A DNA stretch of 63,304 nt, filler included, from Craspedostauros australis (taxonomy: Eukaryota), in assembly GCA_030167865.1 (NCBI GenBank). It is 13 parts of 13 records of this genome, joined end to end, with 100 filler letters (N's around TTAATTAATTAA, not from the genome) between each part and the next. Parts side by side here need not be neighbours in the genome. Positions count along the whole stretch, not along the records: positions 12,306 to 18,988 come from JALAGF010005521.1; positions 19,089 to 32,057 come from JALAGF010005522.1; 11 more parts are not named here. One strand, 5' to 3'. This document shows positions 12,660-24,822 of this stretch, in pieces (the stretch's first letter is position 1; every line of letters starts with the position of its first letter). A program made the position numbers and the translations under genes. Below the pieces are notes generated by a model. That model did not search any database. It saw only the letters and a list, made by a program, of their open reading frames with translations, and was not told the origin of the DNA.

Positions 12660-13450
12660 AACAAACGGATGACCATGATGGATCACAGATCTCACCAATG
12701 CAGTCACTGCCGGCCTCCCTCTCAGCATCATCAACAGCACCTATCACACATCCCACAATGCATAAGCACGTTGCATATCACCCCATGACATGATACATCC
12801 GCAACACCTATGGTTGGATATTCCATGATGCTCGTTGACACAATCGACAGATGACCATGATGGATCACGAAGCCTCACCAATGCAGTCCCTTCTGGTCCC
12901 TCTGTCAACACCGTCAACAGCATCTATCACACAACAAACAATAATCACACACTCTGCGGATTCCTCTGGACATGGTAGGCGAGTGGCACACTAGTTCAGC
13001 TACTCCATGATGATCTTTGACACAATCAATGAAGGACCATGATGGATCACAGATTTCACCAATGCAGCCACTACCAGTCCCCCTCTCAACACAATCAACT
13101 ACGATACTCGCACAACTAACAATACAAACACACTCCATCGACGTCTCTGGACATTATGCAAGCGTTTCACGTTGGATTGGCTGCTCCATGATGCTTGTTG
13201 GTACGCACAGATATTCACTACTGCACGCGCATTCTCACTGTCTTTCCACATGCAAAACAAAGGCCACAACGAGCATATCTCACACAACCAACAATGAACA
13301 CACTCTCCATGAATGTCTCTGTACATGGTACAAGCGTTGCACATCAGACTGGCTGATCCATGGTGCTGGTTGGTACGCACAAACATTCGCCATTTCACAG
13401 GCATTCTCACTGCCACTGACACATGCAAAACAAAGGCCACAACGAGCACC
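12660..13450. repeat. Degenerate tandem repeat, period about 172-184 bp, about 4 units
   Basis: gaccatgatggatcac recurs near 12671, 12853 and 13036; ctctg(g/t)acat near 12964, 13145 and 13317; catgcaaaacaaaggccacaacgagca near 13249 and 13422. Confidence 0.65.
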
Positions 13451-14698
13451 CCACTGATTCTTGGCCACTCGACTACGTTGGGGAGGGCCTATGTGACACC
13501 ACGCAAGCCTGGGACGCGAGATGGCCACTTCTCAACACTTGTTGATCAGGTGTGACACAAGAGCTAGCGCTATATCGCGAACGGACGTTATTTTACCGTT
13601 TAGATATTTGACTCAATCGACTCAATCCAGTCAGTCATGCGTAATTTAACGATCACCGTTATTGAATCACGGTCATCCCCGCACTCACGTGATCCAAAAG
13701 TCAGCCTCAAAGTCGATCGTGTCGAAAGTTCGACCAGTCTGACTGAATATAACGTCTATCATAACGGTAACCAGTAAGCTGTTGATTCAATTCGCCGTTT
13801 GTCGTCGCGACACAAAGAGGACTGTCGGAACTCGCCGACGATAAGTGTTGTGAGTCACGGTGTCCGTGCGACGAACAACGGCGTCACATCCGTACATAAC
13901 CATAGAGAACCGCGGAATCGAAAACGTTGTTGTCACACATCACCAAAGGAGAAATTGTGAGCACGCGAACTTAACGTTGGCGATCCTCAACGAATGTCAG
14001 TGTGAATCACAGGTCATTGTGAGTTCGTGCGTGACACGAAGGGGCTTCGTCTGAACGGTACTCACGCACGCTTGTTTTATAATTAATTTAATTGAAACGA
14101 CAATGGCTTGGGCTAATCCATAGACACATAGCTTTTGTCTGCGTTGGGTGGTAGTGCTACTAGCACCTTCAAGCTTGCCTTGAATCATCCGGCTCGTTCC
14201 CTCCAGGCCAATTTCGTTTCAAGTCTCTGCCTCGGCTGTTCGCGTTGGTGTTGACTGTTTCGATCTTGGTTGGAGGGAGAGCGCTGGAATCCCCCCTGGC
14301 AGAGGGAGAGTATCTCCCTCTCGGTACCCCCTGTTTCTGTCGNNNNNNNNNNNNNNNNNNNNNNNNNNNNNNNNNNNNNNNNNNNNNNNNNNATAGCTTT
14401 TGTCTGCGTTGGGTGGTAGTGCTACTAGCACCTTCAAGCTTGCCTTGAATCATCCGGCTCGTTCCCTCCAGGCCAATTTCGTTTCAAGTCTCTGCCTCGG
14501 CTGTTNGCGTTGGTGTTGACTGNTTCGATCTTGGTTGGAGGGAGAGCGCTGGAATCCCCCCTGGCAGAGGGAGAGTATCTCCCTCTCGGTACCCCCTGTT
14601 TCTGTCGCAGGCGGCCGAAAAAGAGGGTTCCCCCCCCCAAAAGAGAAAGAAGTGGAAGAAAAAGAGGAACAACAAGCGAAAAAGTGAGCGTCGTGCCA

Positions 14699-16339
14699 TC
14701 ACATGCAAAGCGCGGTGATTGCCAGTCGGTCAGCGAGTGGCCATTGAAGGTACGCCGTCGGCATATCCTCGTTGGCGCGTTGGCGCCGCCATCTGCCGTG
14801 TTCTGAGACCTCCAGCTTGGTGGCTGCGCGCATGCATCCTGGCCGCTGTCTGGAGACGTGTGTGCGTCCCCCTCGTCGGTACATGTGGAAGGAGTAAAAC
14901 CTGGTGGGAATGGGCGTGTCTTGTGCGCCGATTGCCGAGCGCAGGAAAGTGTCGCCGCGTTGTTGTTGCTCCAGCAAGGACGGGTACGCGAAGGTTGTGC
15001 GGTAGAAATGCGATGTCCAAGGTTGCCCCGAAGGATGATGCACCAAGAGGTCGGTCGGAATGCGATGGTCCCGTTCCGCGCGCGCTCGGAGCAGCCATTT
15101 TCCGAGACTGAGGCCTGACGAGGTGTGGAAGGCGACGACCACATCGGCTTGCCGGCTGCGGTCGGACTTCGTTTGCATGGCGAGACGCAGAAGGACTGCG
15201 CCAGTGTTTGGCGGGAGGTCGTTGTGGCTGGCGTCGCGTGGTTCGAGAATGGTGACGTCTGACCACGAGATGCCGAATGCTTCCGCGGCCCGTAGCCATC
15301 CCAGCCATCCCACAAGGTTGATGATACCTGCCATCGCCGCTGTTCGTCGTTGTTGTGTTGTGACTGCGTGTTGGTATTGATGCAGGAAGCATCGGTCCAT
15401 GAAGTGGACGTGGCGGGAGAGTAGGGCGACTGATGGTCGCGAATCTTCGCCGAGACGTGTTCGCATGCCTTGTGTCAGCATCGAGTATCCGAGGTGGTCT
15501 GTTGGAAGGCATTCATCGACGATAACAGGGCGTTGCTTGGCATCGAGCATGGCGCGCTCAGGATGCGCGATGCACATGTTCCATGTGCCGAACGCTGATG
15601 CGGCGCTGCGTAGGCCACGCACGGTGCTGAACTTGATGGTTTGGTCGCCGAGTGTGTTCCTGCGTGAGGGTACCTGTGTGGCGTAGTGTTCCTGCGCCCA
15701 CATGATCGGGATTGTCTCAGAGTAGGGTGGCGATTGGATGTCGGGTGGCTGCAGGGTAGGGACGCCATGTTGAAGACCGAACTTGCGTAGTACTCGAATC
15801 TTGCTGCTGTAGGTGGTGAGAGTACCCGACGCCCAATTGTGCGCTAGGTCGATGATGCGCATGCGTTCCAAACGGAGGAGATGGAGGTCCGTGTGGCTGG
15901 GGACCAACTCTCGCTGGAGGTGTACTCGGACCGTGCATGCCTCGCACACGAAGAGACCCAAAATACTGAGGTTGGGTGGCAGCGTGAGACCCTTTTGGTT
16001 GCGTAGGCGTGTTCGGAAGGGAGGTCCCACTCGGCAGCATAGCTTGTGATATCGGGCGTGGCATGGTTGGTAGAGGACACCATTGTGCGTGAACCCGGTG
16101 TCGGCGAAGTGGCATTGGTGTGCTGTTGTGTGTCGGTTGATGCTCTTAGCACAACCCGTGCAGACGCTCGGCGATCCGTTGGTGATGCCGTCGATTCCGG
16201 GAGCGGGGAGCAAAGTCCAGTCTGGGAGGAGTGAGAGAGCGAGTGTGGGGAGAGACGCGGAGGAGAAGATTAGGAATATTGAGAGGAGAAGAAGAAGAGA
16301 GATGCAGATCGTCGTTGGTGAACACTCCAACTCGGACAA
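14699..16339 (-). CDS. Tyrosine recombinase with N-terminal Cys/His cluster (true start uncertain)
   Basis: Catalytic set LRAAEAF (R), QTKSD (K), FHMYRRGG (HxxR), EHGRW, TAYL (Y); N-terminal CTGC...CHARYHKLCC...CEAC. Confidence 0.85.
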   Translation of the reverse strand: MSELECSPTTICISLLLLLSIFLIFSSASLPTLALSLLPDWTLLPAPGIDGITNGSPSVCTGCAKSINRHTTAHQCHFADTGFTHNGVLYQPCHARYHKLCCRVGPPFRTRLRNQKGLTLPPNLSILGLFVCEACTVRVHLQRELVPSHTDLHLLRLERMRIIDLAHNWASGTLTTYSSKIRVLRKFGLQHGVPTLQPPDIQSPPYSETIPIMWAQEHYATQVPSRRNTLGDQTIKFSTVRGLRSAASAFGTWNMCIAHPERAMLDAKQRPVIVDECLPTDHLGYSMLTQGMRTRLGEDSRPSVALLSRHVHFMDRCFLHQYQHAVTTQQRRTAAMAGIINLVGWLGWLRAAEAFGISWSDVTILEPRDASHNDLPPNTGAVLLRLAMQTKSDRSRQADVVVAFHTSSGLSLGKWLLRARAERDHRIPTDLLVHHPSGQPWTSHFYRTTFAYPSLLEQQQRGDTFLRSAIGAQDTPIPTRFYSFHMYRRGGRTHVSRQRPGCMRAATKLEVSEHGRWRRQRANEDMPTAYLQWPLADRLAITALCM

Positions 16340-18961
16340 GGTGACGTGAGAGTCTGACGAAAGTGCGTTGAAGCACTCGTGGGACGAGGATGACGAATCC
16401 AGTGTCCAGAGGTTGCTCTGCCCAGCACCCCAGTAGGAAGTAGATCAGCTGGTAGGCGAGCTCCGGTGGTGGTGCCCACAGGGTGATGCGGTTCATGCAG
16501 TCCTCGGGGATCCACGGACAGTCCCACCGACAGAGTAGTATGGTCGTGGGAGTGTCGGGGAAGGCGAGTGATGCAATCTGAGGGACATTCTGCTCCTGGA
16601 GTGGTGTTGGGGCCAGACAGGCGGACAGGATCTGTGATGATGTTGGCCGTTGGTGGGCGGCGTTGATCCATATGCCGCGGCTGAGTCCATCGGTTCCCTC
16701 TGTGATGATGGCAGTGCCGGGGATGTGGATGACCTGGAGGTGGCACGACAAGTGGAGCTCGAGCTGCTTGATCTTCCGGACCAGCTTGTGCAGTTCCGGT
16801 GAGGTGGAAGTGCCTCCGTCGACAACACAGTAGGTGCACATGTTGTCGGTGAAGTAGAAAAGGTGGCGCCGAAGACGTCGGCGGCGGTTGTTGGGTTGTT
16901 GGCTACCTGTTGCAAGGTGCTGAGCAGGGTGCGTAGCTCCTTCCAGTTGGAGGAGTGGCGTGTAGCCACAAGGGATGACCATGTACCCATCCACATGCAT
17001 GAGGGCCGGTTGGGGAAGAGGATGGTACCCCCGGTGCCTGTACCACTGCCATCACCAAAGCTGCTGACGAGGACGCCGGTCCGTGTTGCACGACCGCTCC
17101 GTGCCGTGTCGTTGATGAGTGCTGCTCGCCACCATTGGAGGTCTTGTGTGACCGCGGGTGTGATGGCCGTGTAGCTGAAGTAGGGGAGATCCGGTTGATC
17201 CCACTCATGCGGATGTACGAGGGCGTATAGAGCTCGTAGGTAGTTGCGACCGAGGTATGACGGTGTGGCCTCTGCCACGCTTTCTAGCATGCCTGCTAGA
17301 ACCGCGAGGGCGAGCCGGGAGACTCTTGCGGGTGTAGCCGAGATGTAGTCCATTACAGCGACGATCTTGTCTCGTTTGAGAGGCGGGGTGCGTAGGCGTG
17401 GGGTGGCCGTGGTGTCGAAGATCAATCCGGTGTACTTGACGACTTGACTGGGCGGTGTAAGCTTGCCGGGGTGGCAGAGCAGGCCGCAGTCCACTGATAG
17501 ATCAAGGAAAGCGGATAGCGCCGCCGCGGTCTTGCGCCGCGTGGGTCCATGGATGATGAAGTCATCACAGTGGGCCCACACGAGGGCGGCCGGCAGTCCA
17601 TCCGATCCGATGGCGACCAATCCTTGGCCTTTGGTATGATCGTAGGCCAGGTCTTGGCTGAATGTTGTCCACCACATGTTAGGGCGGTGAGTGCCTTGAT
17701 ATAGCCGAGAGCGTTCACGTAGTTGCCGAAGGAAGGCGGCTCCGAACCTGCATGCGATAGCCGGTGATTGGCTAGATCCCATCGGTAGTCCAGCATATTG
17801 GTACATTTCGCCTGAAATTGGGTGTTGGATGCCGAGAAATCGGCGTTCGTCGGGACGGGTTCGGAATTGGTAGAAATATTTCGAGGCGTCCACAACCGCC
17901 GACCAGCCGCCGTGGTACATTTGTTTCAAAATGTCGCGGCTTTTTGGGAAAATGGTCGGATCGGCCCCAATAAATTCGTTGGTGCGATTCTCTCGCATGT
18001 TGGCGATGATGCGCCATTGATCGGGTTGCATGGGTTTCGGCAGGGCGAATAGCGGAGCATTGACGACCACCGGGTGTAGGGGGTCTTGCGGTTCGACAAC
18101 TCCAAGGTTGAGGAGTTCATCGACGAAGTCCGCGGCCACTTGTTGTTGTTCTGGAGTCATGTCGGTGTTATCGTGGTGTCCGAATTCGGGAGTGTCCAAA
18201 AAGTTCATTGGGCTCCCTTCTCGTAGGTGGTCCCAGTGTTGCGGAGGAAATTCCCACCAGAGGACTCGTAGTTGTTTGGGATCGGGATGCGTGTCGGTGT
18301 AGTTGGTACGGTGAATACGCAAGTCGTTGAATCCGTCTTGGAGTAGGGCGGTGGATCGGTTTCCGTAGTGTGCACAAGCCTTCCGCAGGTTATGTACGCG
18401 GAGTCGGTGCCAGTCGCCATCAGGGGAGAGGTCCGGTAGAGTCCATCGATATTGGAGGTCGTCGTTGCTGTCGTCATGGAGGGGCGTCTGTTGTCGTCGT
18501 CGTCGTCGTCGTCGTCTCGTCGTCTGTGTCGTAGGTTGGGAGTGTTCAGAGTGCTGATGTACATGGCGAGCCAAGTCCATCAGCGGTGTGGAGAGGTACT
18601 CGAGTAAGTGTTGTGACGGAGTGTGGAAAAGCACTCGCCACTTCACATGCTTGAGCGCCTCTCCGGGGATCGAGCTGCCCAGGGCTTTCCCTAACTCGTC
18701 TGGGAAGAGGCGTCGGACGCCTCTNGCCGTCTGAATAAGGGCAANCCGGTCCATCGGCATCGCGGATGTGGCGCTGTCGATGACCGACTGGGCNTTGCTC
18801 TTCGTTATATAGCATCGTCGAGGAACTCCGCAATGACGAAGACAGTTCGCCATGCTTCGNTCAGATGCAGGTTGGAGGTCTGGCCAGTCGATGCCAGATG
18901 CCGTCCACGTTGTTGCCGACCTCATCACCACCGTGTAAGTCACTGATACCGCTCCACCCAT
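16146..18961 (-). CDS. RT-RNase H polyprotein with DIRS-type C-terminal extension; 1-nt frameshift near 16863
   Basis: RT: VVDASKYFYQF, GLPMGSSQSP, HCDDFII. RNase H: FGDGSGTGTGG, SSNWKEL, then FYFTDN and TDGLSRG in the 16146-17000 frame; TLWAPPP at the position of the DIRS MT-like motif. Confidence 0.85.
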
Positions 18962-19599
18962 TCGTTGGTTGGGGAGGGTCTTGAGCTGNNNNNNNNNNNN
19001 NNNNNNNNNNNNNNNNNNNNNNNNNNNNNNNNTTAATTAATTAANNNNNNNNNNNNNNNNNNNNNNNNNNNNNNNNNNNNNNNNNNNNAAGTACTACCAT
19101 TGCGTACTTTGCACGATTGGTACATTCTCTATTTGGCATTGTTGTGACACAGCACAACTGCAAAGCCAGAGCAAGAGCAAGAGAGACTGCGATCTATTAT
19201 ATTATATTACATTACATTATATTATATTATATCATGTTTGTGTGGTATGGCAGAGTAGCTCGCGCTAGTATGTACAAGTGCTCCACAACTATCAGTGCTG
19301 CATCAGCAGCAGTGCCATCGCTGAAGGTATGTAGAGATTTCCCATAAATAAGTACTGGCCATCACTTGTGTTCAGGCATGTCTGTCACCATCCCTCCAAA
19401 CTGCCACATCCCCACCACAAGAACTGCACCAGTCTACCTATACCTCCTGACAATCCATATAGGAGTTGATTGTTGCTTGAACCTGCGGCCACAGTGAACC
19501 CTTGTACATGCAAGCCACACAGATGAAGTGGAGCACACCATTGGTCTAATCACAATAACAGCTCAAGGATTATACTCAATTCACATGAGAATGCACCGA

Positions 19600-21830
19600 C
19601 TGCACTTTTCTCCTCCTCCTTTCTACTCTTCCACTCACAAAGAGGGGGTACGGAATCTGGTTGCTGCATTGGTGTGGCTGGTGATGTGGCCAGTGCTGTG
19701 GTACTGCAAGTTGTGCAGGATGCGGCAGCTGTTGTCATCCAGTTGGTCATCTGTTGGAGCTGACTTGAGTGCCAAAGTGCATGACCAACCATTTACATAG
19801 CCCATTTGATACTTCGACAGTATTGCCAAGGAAAGGGCGCAGCTGTTCCATCCAACATCCGCTTGCTGTCTGCGGATATTGTTATCAGAGGGAGAGTTCT
19901 GCCAACTGCTGAGCGGTGGCACGCCTCTGCTGATCTTTCTTGGCCTCCCCACGATACCGGCGGTGACCAAGGGGTGCGTTTTCCAGGCCTTCATTTTCTG
20001 TCACATCTCCGAAAGATCTTCACTCCATGTGGATTGCATGAGCAGGCCTTGGCACAACCACATGTGATTTATATACTTGGTCTTTCCGCATGTTGGGCAC
20101 CTGTTTCTGGTCCGCACATGCCACTGCTTCATCCGTTTCCTAGACATGATCTTGCTGTGGACTAGCTTGAAGGTGGCGCATTGTTTGGATTCACTCAACC
20201 TGGGCATTGCAGCCACCAATGCAACTTGGTCTTGGCCGACTTCACAAATAAACCGGCTCCAGAGGAACCTATCCATGAATTGGCAATTCCAGAGCTGCCC
20301 TGGCATGGCCTTATATGTGATGGGGGAGGGGGGGGATAGCTTTGTGTGGAGATGATAGCAGGCTATACTCTCTCCGTGCACCACTGATGTCCAGGCAATG
20401 CTTCCTTGTATCTCCATGCACCGCCAGTGCAAACCTGCCAACATGTCCACCAACATGTTCATGTGCGCCCAAGGGTCCTTGGCAGGAAGCCCCTTGTTGT
20501 CCTGGTGCCCTTTGACATGCCATCCAGTAGCTCAAGACTGCAGGTTGCAGGCAATGAAATGAGTAGTGCTTGCTAGATCGCTGTCCGCATCCTCCAGCCT
20601 GACGGTGCGCGCTGGATCGAGAACCACAAGCACTGATGCGTTGTCACAGGCGAGCTGCACGCGCCATTTGATCCCATGGACCAATTCGGCATGCTAGATC
20701 CACGCAAATATGCTGTAGATACCGGTGAGCTCTGCTTGATGCGGTTGCATCAGCTGGTTCCCGCATGGCACCTTGTTCACAAATGTGAATGTGGAGACAG
20801 GGGTCAGAAACGGTGGTTGAATTTCTGTGGCTGGAGTGCCGATTCCATTTTGGATGACCCGTCCCTGCAGGCCACGCATATTGTGTTGCCAACACTGGTG
20901 ATGAAGGCTTCCTCTTCACCAGTGGACACCATTTGTTTGACCGACCATCATTGACTGCACTCGGTGCTGCGGAGCAGCTGGCTGATGATTGCATTCATCC
21001 TCACTGTTGGATCGATGCAGTTCAATATGCAGCCTGGGACTAGCTAGTCCCCTTGCCAAGTGTTCATGAACTGGTAGCAATGGCTTCATGAGGGTGGTGC
21101 CTGTCTGGTGATGATACGTGCCTCCCCTGATCCCTCTGCTACATGCCCAATACAATGATCTTTGGCCCACTTCCTGGACTATCTGGCCGTCCTCCAACAA
21201 GAGGTAGCCTGGATGTCTCGAAAACAGACCGTATCAGGCCCTTGGCCTAGCTTAGATGTTGTTGATCACAATATTGGCTCCTGGCCAGGAGATGATGGCC
21301 GACCACCATAGTTTCCATTGGGATAGCTACCACAATCCAAGCGGCAGCCATTTCAGACTCAAGTGAGGTTTGGTGTGCTCTCTGGGATGTAGGACTTGCT
21401 GTCATATGGCCATCCCATTTGTGTTGAGCAGGTCTGACTTCCATATGGCTTACAGGTGCACCAGGCATTGATTGATCATAGCCTCTTGCTTCTAGGAGTA
21501 TTCTACTAGGAGGATTACATCCCTAGTGAGTTGGTTGTTCTGTCTTGGCAGTTGGAGAGGGGAAATGGAGACCTACATACGCATGTCAGCCTGCCACGTA
21601 TTTTCCTGCATCCGGGTAGACAATGTGGAAGTGCAGAGATGCTCCATTCCACTAGGGTAGCACAGCCACACCTCTGGCAGCCCTGTCTCAAGCACCATGG
21701 CTTCCACCATGAAGCGGAGACGCTTACCAGTGGTGGAGTAGTACTCCGTTGATCTAGTTGGCACATCAACCCACAGCCAAGCATCCGTCACCCAACTCCC
21801 ATCACATCNTTCTGCCTCAGCCAAATACTC
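19600..21830 (-). pseudogene. Heavily decayed retroelement, probably the RNase H/zinc-finger end of a non-LTR element
   Basis: Fragments RMKQWHVRTRNRCPTCGKTKYINHMWLC (CCHC), QQADVGW, AELTGIY; many stops and frameshifts; CpG-poor. Confidence 0.5.
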
Positions 21831-22170
21831 AAATGGGAGACTGACGCAATCGACCAAACGGCAAGGACGATCAACCAAATGAGTCTTTGTATCAGCAACA
21901 ACGCAAGAAAGACAAGCAGAAATCAAAATGGTAACAACACTACAGCAACAGTTGCACCATGGAAGATATAATATTATACATCTGGAACCCTACTTCTACT
22001 GCTTGTGGTAATGTTATAGATTGTGTTGCACAGTAAGGGCAAGCACTTGTTGTTGTGCGTGTGTTTGCATCATGCGCACGATTTTGTTTTTGTTCGAATG
22101 GCGGTCCAAACGTGGATTCGTCAAATCGTGAATCAAAGGACTCCCACAAACATTCGATGTCAGTCGTGAC

Positions 22171-22318
22171 GTTTCAATGAAAGTAATCACGATTCAATGA
22201 AAGTAATCAGGATTCAATGAAAGTAATCACGATTCAATGAAAGTAATCACGATTCAATGAAAGTAATCGCGTTTCAATGAAAGTAATAGCGTTTCAATGA
22301 AAGTAATGACGTTTCAAT
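22171..22318 (+). repeat. Tandem 20-bp repeat g(a/t)ttcaatgaaagtaat(c)nn; 7 full units and an 8th split by insertion
   Basis: Units at 22171, 22191, 22211, 22231, 22251, 22271, 22291; the 8th starts at 22311 and resumes at 26420. Confidence 0.95.
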
Positions 22319-22862
22319 AGAGAGTTATCGCATTGTTTGGATTTCCATCGAGAGAGTCCCGTGAGGGAGTCATGACCTGATAGAGACATTTTCCCGGGGG
22401 GTGGCGAGAAATCACCCCCTCGCTCGATGGAAATTATTTCCATTCGTGCTGCACGAAAGGAAATTATTTCCATCGAGAGAGTGGATCTCCTTCGGGAGAG
22501 TCCCGGAAAAATGTATCATTTCCACATGGAATATAGACTTTGGCCAATCATGTTGCGCCATTTCGTTCTAGTTTAGTCCTTCTTGTCCTCCACATCCATC
22601 TACATTGGCCACCATCGTAGACTTTTGCGTTCGTTTTGGAACAACAAAGAGAAAAACATCATCCATCACATCGCCATCACATCGCCATCACATCACCAGC
22701 GCTCGATTCTCTCATCTCAAGACAATCATCCATCACAACCCACCTCATGACTACACCTCGATGCTCTGCTTGGACCAACATCTTGCACGAGTTATTCTGA
22801 TCACCACCACAGACCACTGCACGTGTGGCTTCTGACACATAGTCTTCTTCCTGATATTCGTC

Positions 22863-24293
22863 ATGGACGGCTCTCCTCCTCCCGCTGATCCATCTATCGC
22901 CCCGTCGGAGACCAACAGCGACAGCGAGGTCACGACGAGTGGAAGGACTGGCGCACCAGCAACCTTTGTCTTTCCACCACCTGTGTTAGCCAAGAACGAG
23001 AAGCTCCCACCTGGCTTTGAACACTGCACTTTCAGGTTCACGCTGGCGCAGCCTCAAGCCAACGTTGGTGCTGCCTTCGACGCGCGCAATGGCGACGACA
23101 CCGATGCGATGGCTGACTCTGGGAAGCCTCGCGCTTCACCATCAGGCACCCATCAGCCTCCGGCGCAACCATCGCCACCAAGCAACAGCAACAGCAACAA
23201 CAGCAACAACAAGAAGCGTGCGTACCGACGCAAGAAGGCGCCTCCACCTTCTTCCGTATCCTCTGTGGTGGCGACAGCGAGCGATGGCAACTTGGAATCC
23301 TCCGCCAGCGATTCTGCCCCGGTCGCCCGCCAATCCAGACGAACATCCTTCCCTCCCATGTACTATGATCTGAAGGGGAAGGTTGACTATTTCCCATGGC
23401 TGGTGAGCCCCCAGCCATGCGACCGAATCCTCATCGACGTCGTCGCCAGGGCTCCAAAAAAGCCATGGATACGTCCATACGGAGTCGCGTGGAGTGCAAT
23501 CTGCCATGCAGTGCATGTTGAGAATTCGACGGTCTTTCCCACCGTCCCAACCAAGAAATCGCTCAAAGGGAGATTCGAAAATCTCATGAGCTTCACAGCT
23601 CAATACAACCATGCCCATCCTCACAGGAGCGGCATGCATGAGAGTATCAAACTGTGGCTGGACGACCTCACCGAAATTCAACGGGATCGCCAGGAGTACA
23701 TTGACGATGCAATCGCATCCTCCCGAGAAACTGTGGGGCGCAAGAGGATTTCCACAAGGCAGGAGCAATGTATGCTTGGACGTCGCCCTCCTCGAATGCA
23801 GTCGCAAGCTGGGGCAGCGAGAACAGCACAGAGACAGAATGCGGCGGCGAGCAACAGCGACGACGCGACCTCAAGTTCGTCTTCTGTGGAGGTGGTAGCT
23901 TCCCCTAAACGAAGCCCCAACGCACAACAGCAAATCCAGCAAACAGTCGGTCTCCTCGAGAAACTGGACGAAACTCAACGCCAGTTTCAAGCATGGCTCT
24001 CCACAGCCATGCCTCCACGCCGTGCAGAACGCACAGAAGATTCTCCGATTGCTGCATCGCTCGCTGCTTCTCCGACCCCTCCAACTGTGGGGACAGCAGC
24101 AGCTTCCAACAACAGCAACAGCGATCTCCTCCAGCTCGTGTTGAATCAGCATCAAATGATGATCAACATGAACCGCCATCTGGAGGAGGATAGGAAACAG
24201 GCGCAGCGCGAGACCTCACAGTTGCGCGAGTCGCAAATGAAGCTCTCGTCTGACGTCAGGTCTCTCGTCGACGCCCTATCTGGACCTCAACGC

Positions 24294-24329
<36 letters not shown>

Positions 24330-24392
24330 GACGACGACGACGACGAAGACAACAGCAGCAGCTGCAATGGCGACGACGGTGCGGGAAAATGA
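22863..24392 (+). CDS. Accessory protein of the PHIS element, putative Myb/SANT-like DNA-binding domain, 509 aa
   Basis: DRILIDVV...PW...AWSAIC...KKSLKGRFENLM resembles trihelix Myb/SANT; low-complexity flanks and a C-terminal coiled coil; lies inside the TIRs. Confidence 0.7.
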
Positions 24393-24822
24393 TACTCACC
24401 CATTCTTTCCTCTCTGCATTTTCACATTTCATACCTTCTTTCCCGCAACCCCTCACATTTCGCAACACATCAACCAACCCATTCGTCGTGACATGCGTCG
24501 ATCCAATTCGATGATCCATCCTTCAATGCATGCATGCATCCATTCATTCCATCCATTCATTCCTCTCTCCGCGCAAGAGACACTCCACCATGGCATACCA
24601 ATCAACACCAAGTAGAGAAGCCGACGCGCTGAAGCTCATGTGCGCACAGCCGCATGGTTCCTTCCGCGTCCACATGCATTCCATCAGAAAATCATTCCCA
24701 TCATTCGCTCACCGCACGCAGCACAACACACACAGCACAAGTGCCTGCGCGCCATGAGTACTACATAATAGTTAGTCGAATGCGTATTACATGTACCTCA
24801 TTAATTCTAACTGTTTGAATGC

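Larger units (their letters stand above)
14090..18988 (-). mobile_element. Tyrosine-recombinase retrotransposon (DIRS/Ngaro-like); 5' part lost at contig end, 3' boundary approximate
   Basis: RT, RNase H and an overlapping-frame tyrosine recombinase on one strand, with no DDE integrase. Confidence 0.9.

Noticed and set aside
13583..13760. gacgttat...ataacgtc inverted pair resembling the GTTAAATAGACGTTA terminus
   Set aside because: Only about 8 bp match, with no array and no TSD
19195..19232. (ATTAT)n tract; also (CT)n tracts in LTR family A
   Set aside because: Ordinary microsatellites
22171..22318. CRISPR-like array (also 48991-49150)
   Set aside because: Head-to-tail 20-bp units with no unique spacers, no cas genes, eukaryotic context
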